Below are positions 25,594 to 32,000 of a DNA stretch of 32,000 nucleotides, in pieces. The stretch is from Caldivirga maquilingensis IC-167 (lineage in GTDB: Archaea > Thermoproteota > Thermoprotei > Thermoproteales > Thermocladiaceae): the NCBI RefSeq assembly GCF_000018305.1, contig NC_009954.1:1680001-1712000 (forward strand). The letters are read 5' to 3'. How positions within the stretch are numbered: the stretch's first letter is position 1; each line of letters opens with the position of its first letter. The position numbers and the translations under genes are program-made. Below the pieces are notes generated by a model. The model was not told the origin of the DNA and did no database searches. It saw nothing but the letters and a program-made list of their open reading frames with translations.

Positions 25594-26238
25594 TTAACTA
25601 TTCCCTTGGTTACCGAGTAGCTTCATTAATTCACTTATCCTGGCTTTAACACTCGCTAACTCCCTGTTTAACTCCTCATTCTGGTTCTTAAGCCTAATAT
25701 TCTCCTCCCTAAGCCTATCGTAATCCTCCTTAAGCTTCCTAAGCTCCTCCTCAATCTTACCGCAGGATTCAGGGGCAGTAATTTTATCACTCCTAACCCA
25801 GTAAATCACTTGACTACCTTCACGAACCCACTTTAATTCACCTGTTTCTAAATCAAGGTCTAGTTCCGTTATTATTGCGAAGACGTCGCCCTTACCAATA
25901 TTGTATTGTTTAATGGCTTCATTGAAGAACCAGTCCTTAATATTATTAAACACTTGGTTAAGTGACTTCTTGAATTCACTCTTATTCCTTAATTCATTGA
26001 ACTTAGCCTCCCCCTCTTCATTACCTAGGCTTGTCCTTAATCCATTTGCCACTGCACCGAAGACTATTCTAAAGAAGTCTGGTCTACCACCTCTACCGTG
26101 TTTGCCGAATAATTTCCCAGCCGATGTCTTGCCTGTGGATAACTTTATCTTAATAATTCGTTTACCAGCCTCAGTAACTAATTCAGATGTTACGCTCTCC
26201 CTCTCAACCTCCTCTCCCTCCCCCTCCTCGCTCTGCAT
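25594..26238 (-). CDS. hypothetical protein with acidic N-terminus and C-terminal coiled coil
   Basis: 214 aa. N-terminus MQSEEGEGEEVERE. The C-terminal 55 aa show a heptad-like pattern (EEELRKLKEDYDRLREENIRLKNQNEELNRELASVKARISELMKLL). TATA ATTTATAAG lies about 25 nt upstream. Confidence 0.6.
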   Translation of the reverse strand: MQSEEGEGEEVERESVTSELVTEAGKRIIKIKLSTGKTSAGKLFGKHGRGGRPDFFRIVFGAVANGLRTSLGNEEGEAKFNELRNKSEFKKSLNQVFNNIKDWFFNEAIKQYNIGKGDVFAIITELDLDLETGELKWVREGSQVIYWVRSDKITAPESCGKIEEELRKLKEDYDRLREENIRLKNQNEELNRELASVKARISELMKLLGNQGNS

Positions 26239-26332
26239 AATTATTATACGTAAATTTACTTATAAATCTATCTCTAAATATAGACGCATATAGGTCTTCA
26301 GTAATGAAGCTTAACTTACTGATGCTGTTAAT

Positions 26333-26728
26333 TCATATTTTAACGGCATTAATCACGCCATCTTGACCTGGACGGGATGTTACAACTGCCCTACCTAACT
26401 CAGTTTCTATTATAGTGCCCTTAACTATGATCCCCTTCTTCACGAAGTCACTGTTGGCTGGGGATTCAATGATCCTAAGTATCTTAACAACCTTACTGGT
26501 TCCATTACTCTTATCGAAGACGTTTGCGTAGCCGGCTTCACTTAACCTAATCTTAACATTACCTCCAGTGACTCTTTCAATCAGCCTCTTCTCCCTATTA
26601 CTAAGCCTAGTATTAGTGGGTGGGCCACCTCCAAGTGCCTTCCTCTTAACCCTATACGGCTTAGCCCTGAATCCACCCGTCACCTTCTTACTATCATTAC
26701 CCTGGTAAAAGGCAGCTAACTTAGCCAT
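26333..26728 (-). CDS. rps8e: 30S ribosomal protein S8e
   Basis: MAKLAAFYQGNDSKKVTGG..., VTGGNVKIRL and VVTSRPGQDGVINAVKI are typical S8e. I prefer the ATG at 26728 over the track's TTG at 26734, because TATA GCTTTAAAAG is centred 27 nt upstream of the ATG. Confidence 0.9.
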   Translation of the reverse strand: MAKLAAFYQGNDSKKVTGGFRAKPYRVKRKALGGGPPTNTRLSNREKRLIERVTGGNVKIRLSEAGYANVFDKSNGTSKVVKILRIIESPANSDFVKKGIIVKGTIIETELGRAVVTSRPGQDGVINAVKI

Positions 26729-26867
26729 TACCAAACCGCCTATGAGGGGCCTTTTAAAGCTTAGCCTCCTTAATCATTCAATACCTTAGATTAAACCACT
26801 GATGGTTTTAGTATATCTTTGTGAGTATTTCCTGGCTGATTAATCGATAATCCTTAATAAGGAGTTA

Positions 26868-27152
26868 ATGATGGAAGTATACGTGCCGCTTAGGAGAATC
26901 GGGGTCATACTACATGTGGCTAAGGATGGCTTAATGGTTGCCAGGGTTAATTCAAGTAAGGCAGATAGACTTGTGGGTTTGGTGACGATGGATTACTCCA
27001 TGAGGAGGATAGGTGTTATTAAGGATATAATAGGTCCGGTTAACGCACCCTACGCCTTGATTAAGCCTATTAAGGGTCTGAACGCAACTGATTACGTTGG
27101 TAAGCAGGCATATGTTAGGGATATTGATTATGATAAGGTAATGAGAAGGTGA
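26868..27152 (+). CDS. gar1: H/ACA ribonucleoprotein complex subunit Gar1
   Basis: 94 aa. RIGVILHVAKDGLMVARV and RIGVIKDIIGPVNAPYALIKP closely follow the archaeal Gar1 pattern. Confidence 0.85.
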   Translation: MMEVYVPLRRIGVILHVAKDGLMVARVNSSKADRLVGLVTMDYSMRRIGVIKDIIGPVNAPYALIKPIKGLNATDYVGKQAYVRDIDYDKVMRR

Positions 27153-27158
27153 ATTAAT

Positions 27159-28019
27159 ATGAATAAGTGCCCAGCATGTGGTTCAAGTGAATTCATCTAC
27201 GACGAGTACAGTGGTACAGTTTACTGTGCTAAGTGCGGTTACGTATTGAGTGAACATGAAATAGATAAGGGGCCTGAGTGGAGGGGGGTTGATAAGAATG
27301 GTAAATCTTTATCAAGAGCCAGTCCTGTAAGCGCTTCATCACCTGGATTCAACATGTACGTTAACATAGTTAGTGTTAATAGGCCTAAGTTTAGGATAAT
27401 ACCATCATTATCATTATTCAACTCCAGTGAACGCAATGTAATGATGCTTAGATCCATAGCTAAGCAGGTTATAGCTAATGCTGGTTTACCTGAATCAATA
27501 CTGGATGAGGTTGTGTTAAACTATAGGTTACTAATGAAAATGAATTACAGGGGTAAGATTAAGGAGACTGCGGTGGCTTTAGTTTACATAGCGTGTAGGA
27601 GACGTAACTTACCATGCACCATGAAGGACCTGCTCAGGAACAGTGACGTTGATATTAAGGGCTTCAATAAGGCTTACATGCATATAGCTAATTTAATGAA
27701 CATTAAGGGTATTTATAATGATGAGCAGTTAATCAACATGACCTTAAGGATAGTTAACATGATTAACATCAATAGTAATATTAAACATAAATTAATGCTA
27801 CTGATAAGGGATATGATAGATAAGGGTAAGGCAACCAGCTTGTTCAATGGTAAGACGTTTACATCAACAATAGCAGCCATGGTGTATTTATCATTATTAA
27901 TATATAATGTTAAAATTAGGCAAAGGGAAATAGCCTCAATGGCCGGGGTCACGGATGTAACGATAAGGAATAGGTATAATGAATTACTGAAACGCCTAAA
28001 CTTCAGGGTAATCATTTAA
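27159..28019 (+). CDS. tfb: transcription initiation factor IIB (TFB) paralogue with divergent B-reader
   Basis: 286 aa. N-terminal Zn ribbon CPACGSSEFIYDEYSGTVYCAKCG followed by IDKGPEWR, two cyclin-like repeats, and the C-terminal HTH QREIASMAGVTDVTIRNRYNELL. It starts 6 nt after gar1 and is preceded by AGGTGA. Confidence 0.85.
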   Translation: MNKCPACGSSEFIYDEYSGTVYCAKCGYVLSEHEIDKGPEWRGVDKNGKSLSRASPVSASSPGFNMYVNIVSVNRPKFRIIPSLSLFNSSERNVMMLRSIAKQVIANAGLPESILDEVVLNYRLLMKMNYRGKIKETAVALVYIACRRRNLPCTMKDLLRNSDVDIKGFNKAYMHIANLMNIKGIYNDEQLINMTLRIVNMININSNIKHKLMLLIRDMIDKGKATSLFNGKTFTSTIAAMVYLSLLIYNVKIRQREIASMAGVTDVTIRNRYNELLKRLNFRVII

Positions 28020-28058
28020 AAGCACCCTATATTAAGCCTTACCCAGTTAGCCCTACGG

Positions 28059-29027
28059 ATGCATGCATTAACCGCATTAATGCATTCACTGCGTGGAGTC
28101 TGTAATGGTGTTTACGTGAATGGTAGGTTACTGAATAGGTATGGTGGCTTTAATGAAGTTGCCGTACAGGTGCTATTGGGTAGGTTAAAGGTATGTAGAG
28201 GCTCTAGGAGGGGGTTAGCCTTAGTTAATACTGATGATTCCCCCGTGTTAAGTGATTTAGGGGGTAGTGACGTTAACTGCTTCATTGATTACAGGTGCAG
28301 TGAGGTAATTATGCATAATGCTGTAATGCCCGAATACCCACAGTTCGTAATTGATGTATCACATTGGAGGAGGCATACTGAGGGGGAGTTAAGGAGCCTA
28401 ATAATACAGTTGATTCAGGCGCTTAGGGAGGTGAGGAGGTATTTATGGGATGGTAACCTCACAGTAACGGGTATTGACAGCGACTTCATGGAACTGCTAC
28501 GTAAATTCACCGGTAACATTAACACAGCTGTAAGATTCCTGGGAAGTATACCACCCAGTTACTTAAAGTCGGCTGTGATGCTTGACCCTTATGGTGACGT
28601 TGAGTTAACCGAAGGAGTCATTAAGTCAATTAATGTTTTCATAATTGGTGGCATAAGTGATAGTGAAGTGATTAGGAAGGGTGAAACCCTTGAATTATAT
28701 AGGGATTTAGGGTTAAGTGAGTTCAACATACCTAGGGTTAGGTTAACCTTGAGGGGAGTGTTAACTGGTGTTCCTGAGAGGATTAATAAACTGGTGTCAA
28801 TACTATTAATGGTTAAGTGTAGTGGCTATAATCTTGAGGATGCCATAATAGCTAATCAATCTAAGGCCGATAAGATTAACAGGCTTAATAGGGAGTTAAG
28901 CATGTTGAGGATTATTGATTCAAACACCGTCAGTAACTTATTGACTTGGCTTGGGTTAACGCCGTGGGATAATAAGGTTGCATCAGTATTAAGGAGACGT
29001 GGATTACTTCACGGTGACTCCTTTTAA
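28059..29027 (+). CDS. SPOUT-class tRNA methyltransferase, Trm10-like (tentative)
   Basis: 322 aa. FVIDVSHW..., VFIIGGISDSE (compare the Trm10 IIGG-x-VD motif) and GVPERINKLVSILL resemble the Trm10 SPOUT core. By-eye call only. Confidence 0.45.
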   Translation: MHALTALMHSLRGVCNGVYVNGRLLNRYGGFNEVAVQVLLGRLKVCRGSRRGLALVNTDDSPVLSDLGGSDVNCFIDYRCSEVIMHNAVMPEYPQFVIDVSHWRRHTEGELRSLIIQLIQALREVRRYLWDGNLTVTGIDSDFMELLRKFTGNINTAVRFLGSIPPSYLKSAVMLDPYGDVELTEGVIKSINVFIIGGISDSEVIRKGETLELYRDLGLSEFNIPRVRLTLRGVLTGVPERINKLVSILLMVKCSGYNLEDAIIANQSKADKINRLNRELSMLRIIDSNTVSNLLTWLGLTPWDNKVASVLRRRGLLHGDSF

Positions 29028-29032
29028 TAATT

Positions 29033-29518
29033 CTACGTTACTATGTACTCATTTCCCCTCTTCTTTATTAAACCAGCATAAGCCCCCCATTCTGATAATA
29101 GTATTGTTAATAAATCCCTTATTCCAGGTGCCTTGAATTCACTATAACCCTTATTAACCAGGGCCATTATCAGTTTCTCCAATGGAAATGGTTCATCCTT
29201 ACCTATCTCTATTGCTGTCTTAAATGGTTCAATATTGGATATTAATTCACGCAGCATCCTTCTTCGTTCAGGTATTTTCGAGTTTAGGAATTTAATGCCA
29301 AGTTCAGTAACAACCACGTCACCATTAATCACCTTTAGGAATCCTAGGTATATTGCTGCATTTAAATTAGGTATAATATCATCTAGGTCAGCATCCATGT
29401 GCTGGGCCACTGCGTAAATATCAGCCTTACCTCCAAAATCATTAAGTATAGTGTCTATTAACCCTATTACATCTGTTAACCTCGAGTCTAGCGGCATTAC
29501 CAGGCTTCTTTGCCCCAT
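29033..29518 (-). CDS. stand-alone AAA-associated C-terminal domain protein (PF09821-like, tentative)
   Basis: 161 aa. GLIDTILNDFGGKADIYAVAQHMDADLDDIIPNLNAAIYLGFLKVINGDVVVTELGIKF follows the pattern I recall for the C-terminal domain of NitT/TauT-type ABC ATPases. No ATPase domain is present. Confidence 0.4.
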   Translation of the reverse strand: MGQRSLVMPLDSRLTDVIGLIDTILNDFGGKADIYAVAQHMDADLDDIIPNLNAAIYLGFLKVINGDVVVTELGIKFLNSKIPERRRMLRELISNIEPFKTAIEIGKDEPFPLEKLIMALVNKGYSEFKAPGIRDLLTILLSEWGAYAGLIKKRGNEYIVT

Positions 29519-29552
29519 AAGTTATCTAACAGTTTAACTGCACTGGCTTTAT

Positions 29553-30107
29553 TTATGAACCTTTCGCAGAAATAAACATAGACCTTCCCCCCTCTTTACT
29601 CCTAATAATATCCACCCACACGTTATCCTTAACGAAACTTGGTAAGTTTAAATCACGTTGACCATCATTAGGTTTATCATACCCATTACTGCAACTTAAT
29701 GTATTAATACTGGTGATGAGTTTCTTTAAGTCCATTATGGCGTTAATTAATTGAGCATAATCATCCTTAATCAGCTTAATCTCCCTCATTAATGAATTAA
29801 GGGTCTCACCCACATTATTTAACTCCAGGTAACTTGCCGATGGTGGTTGATTAATACTTACCGTGAAGCTTAGGTTAATTGACGCCACGCCAAGCGGCTG
29901 CTGCATATTATTGTTACTAGGCTCAGTGGATTCCTGCGGCTTCTCGACTACACTTACGTTATCCCTTGAGTAAGCCCTGTACTTTGATAATGCCTTATAC
30001 ACTGTGTTTATTGATATACCTAGTCTTTGAGCTATCTCCCTAGGCTTCAAACCCTGTCTATAATACAAATCCCCCACAGCTAACTCAGTCTTAGTTAACT
30101 TACCCAT
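29553..30107 (-). CDS. HTH DNA-binding protein with uncharacterised C-terminal domain
   Basis: 184 aa. N-terminal helix-turn-helix GLKPREIAQRLGISINTVYKALSKYR, then a low-complexity linker, then a predicted helical segment and the C-terminal LPSFVKDNVWVDIIRSK. Confidence 0.5.
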   Translation of the reverse strand: MGKLTKTELAVGDLYYRQGLKPREIAQRLGISINTVYKALSKYRAYSRDNVSVVEKPQESTEPSNNNMQQPLGVASINLSFTVSINQPPSASYLELNNVGETLNSLMREIKLIKDDYAQLINAIMDLKKLITSINTLSCSNGYDKPNDGQRDLNLPSFVKDNVWVDIIRSKEGGRSMFISAKGS

Positions 30108-30178
30108 GGTTATACACCTATAGGTATGATTCAGAGTAATAATAATTTATTGTTTAAAAAACATGGAATACCCTTATA

Positions 30179-32000
30179 TTATCTACTTGAGCCACGGCTC
30201 CTCGCTAATAATGCCAATAGAACTATAATCAGTATTAGCACTACGTAGAATAGTATTGAGGAAACCTTATTGGGTATTAGCAGGCTAATGAACTGCTGGG
30301 ATAGTGATGGGTTAACGTGGATTGTGAACTCATCGTTCTGAACCATTGGTATTAATGAACCTGTCTGATTCCACAGCAATGTTAACGTAACCTTATAATC
30401 CCCTGGATTAATACCATTCTGGACATCAACCATGAAGACTACCTGCTTCTCCTGCCCCGGCTTCAAGTCACCTATGAATAATGTACCGGCCGTTAATGCG
30501 CTAAGCGGATTACTACTGCTTACGTGTGGTTCAATAACTCCTTGTCCATTTAAAATAACTTCAACATTCTTAGCGGTTACGTTACCATCATTAGTAATAG
30601 TTATGTAAAGTGGTACATCACTATCACCTACACTTAAGTCACTGGTTGCATTAATCACAAGGAGATTAGCCTTGGGTTTAATAACCAGCGGTATGGTGTA
30701 GGTCTTGTTGAAGCCTGTTCCATTAATTATAAGCGTTAAGTTGGCTTGAACAGTACTATATATGTTGTTGGCAGTGGATAAAACGAAGTTAACGGGTACT
30801 GGTTCACCAATGGGTAAGTTACCGATGTTAACAATGCCATTCGATGGATTAACAACATTAATGTACTTATCACCAATCAACGTAATCTTCACATTCCTAG
30901 CCACGGCAGTACCCGAGTTACCTAAGTATATTGTTAGGAGTAATTCAGGGTAACCTGGGAATAAGTTAGGTGGATTAGTGTAGTAGGATTCAACTACAAC
31001 ATCCGGAACCCCGGTGACTACAATGGGGATCCTCCTGATTGTTAATGAACCACCACTGTAGGTTAACGTTAAATTAGCGTAATAGGTTCCAGCCTTAACA
31101 TTAGTCACATTAACCATGAAGGTTACGTAAACCGGTACACCAATAGGTAGGTCACCGATTGTTGCATTACTGGTTAACGCCACGAATCCCACCGGTAGCG
31201 ATACGTTGGCTTTAACATTAATAGCTGGGGCTGTACCGGAGTTAACTATAATGAATGTTAATGGTACAGCACCGTAACCTGGACCAACAGTAATGGGGCT
31301 ACTTGGTGAACCCCATACAGTACCCTCACTTATTAGTCTTGGCTCCCCTGAAACCACAATGGGAACCCTTAGCCTTGATTCAAGCCCATTATTATACGTT
31401 AATGTTAAGTTAGCGTAGTAGGTGCCTGGACTTACATTGGATACGTTAACAATGAACACTGCGTAAACCGGCACACCCACAGGTGCACCACCTATTGTCG
31501 TGAAGTTTACTAACGGTTTGAAACCGCTTGGTAATGATATTGTGGCATTAATGTTAACTGCATTAGCTGTACCGGAATTAACTATGGTTACGAATAATGG
31601 GACAACACCATAACCAGGACCCACTGCAATGGGGTTACTTGGTGAACCCCAGCCTGCTCCCTCAACGGTCAGTCTCGGTTCACCTATAATTGGTATATTA
31701 ACTGTAATTACCTGTGTTGCATTGGAGAAGTAGTTTAGGATTACTTCACCATTAATTACGCCGACTGGGGCATTATTAGTTACATTAACCAGGAAGACTG
31801 CGTAAACTGGTGTTCCAGGGGGTATGTAGCCTATGTAGCTTTTATTAATTACCGGTACTAGACCATTACCTAGTATTATTGTTGCTGATGCATTGGAAGC
31901 CATGACGTTACCCGTGTTAATTATTGGTATAACCAAGGGCAGGACACCTATACCCGGTGTGGCCTCAATGGGATTGTTAATTGAACCCCATGTTGGTAAG
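30179..32000 (-). CDS. large surface (S-layer-associated / COG1361 CARDB-like repeat) protein with C-terminal TM anchor; N-terminus outside the window
   Basis: The frame stays open upstream of the track's TTG at 31936 to the window edge (...TWGSINNPIEATPGIGVLPLVIPIINTGN...), continuing the repeat pattern. There are at least 5 Ig-like repeats of about 110 aa, many N-x-S/T sequons, and a C-terminal anchor (ILFYVVLILIIVLLALLA) followed by RSRGSSR. Confidence 0.7.
   Translation of the reverse strand, partial: LPTWGSINNPIEATPGIGVLPLVIPIINTGNVMASNASATIILGNGLVPVINKSYIGYIPPGTPVYAVFLVNVTNNAPVGVINGEVILNYFSNATQVITVNIPIIGEPRLTVEGAGWGSPSNPIAVGPGYGVVPLFVTIVNSGTANAVNINATISLPSGFKPLVNFTTIGGAPVGVPVYAVFIVNVSNVSPGTYYANLTLTYNNGLESRLRVPIVVSGEPRLISEGTVWGSPSSPITVGPGYGAVPLTFIIVNSGTAPAINVKANVSLPVGFVALTSNATIGDLPIGVPVYVTFMVNVTNVKAGTYYANLTLTYSGGSLTIRRIPIVVTGVPDVVVESYYTNPPNLFPGYPELLLTIYLGNSGTAVARNVKITLIGDKYINVVNPSNGIVNIGNLPIGEPVPVNFVLSTANNIYSTVQANLTLIINGTGFNKTYTIPLVIKPKANLLVINATSDLSVGDSDVPLYITITNDGNVTAKNVEVILNGQGVIEPHVSSSNPLSALTAGTLFIGDLKPGQEKQVVFMVDVQNGINPGDYKVTLTLLWNQTGSLIPMVQNDEFTIHVNPSLSQQFISLLIPNKVSSILFYVVLILIIVLLALLARSRGSSR
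31013..31684 (-). repeat. two tandem 336-nt (112-aa) intragenic repeats inside the surface protein gene
   Basis: aa 85-196 (GEPRLTVEGAGWGSPSNPIAVGPGYGVVPL...TYYANLTLTYNNG...) and aa 197-308 (GEPRLISEGTVWGSPSSPITVGPGYGAVPL...TYYANLTLTYSGG...) align over their full length. More divergent copies flank them. Confidence 0.8.

Noticed and set aside
25901-26293. 130-aa plus-strand ORF overlapping the 214-aa hypothetical gene.
   Set aside because: It is antisense to an ORF with a coherent coiled-coil/acidic architecture and a properly spaced TATA box. Its translation is low-complexity (S/L/P-rich).
1-32000. Looked for transposases, integrases, IS terminal inverted repeats, tRNA genes (integration hot spots), rRNA, toxin-antitoxin pairs and cas genes.
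   Set aside because: None of the translated ORFs shows the corresponding motifs. No tRNA-like T-arm (GTTCGAATC/GTTCAAATC) was seen outside a CRISPR spacer fragment. The window looks like core chromosome rather than a mobile island.

Overview
This looks like a chromosomal segment of a crenarchaeon, probably a Thermoproteales member of the Caldivirga/Vulcanisaeta type. That placement is an inference from three things: leaderless genes with TATA boxes about 26 nt upstream of start codons, a minimal type-T-like RNase P RNA, and a Sulfolobus-like CRISPR repeat. I support 29 protein-coding genes. The housekeeping genes are rps8e, gar1, a TFB paralogue, thyX, guaB, an Add/ADE-type deaminase, a Trm10-like SPOUT protein and an MqnD-like protein. 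There are three MFS transporters and a glycan-utilisation set (signal-less GH12, membrane-anchored GH15, GH31, a uronate-isomerase-like protein and a 488-aa unknown). A large tandem-repeat surface protein and several unknowns complete the list. Two non-coding features stand out: an RNase P RNA at 10011-10233, and an orphan 4-repeat CRISPR mini-array at 20150-20374 between thyX and guaB, with no cas gene in the window. The best second-look candidates are (i) the orphan mini-array with its structured 270-bp leader-like region, and (ii) a divergently transcribed pair: a HerA-like ATPase with a C-terminal SWIM-like zinc finger, and a NurA-like nuclease. This pair lacks mre11/rad50, and its shared promoter region contains CRISPR-repeat-like half sites. 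I saw no transposase, integrase, tRNA or rRNA. All functional calls are by-eye motif recognition on the supplied translations and raw sequence; nothing was checked against a database.
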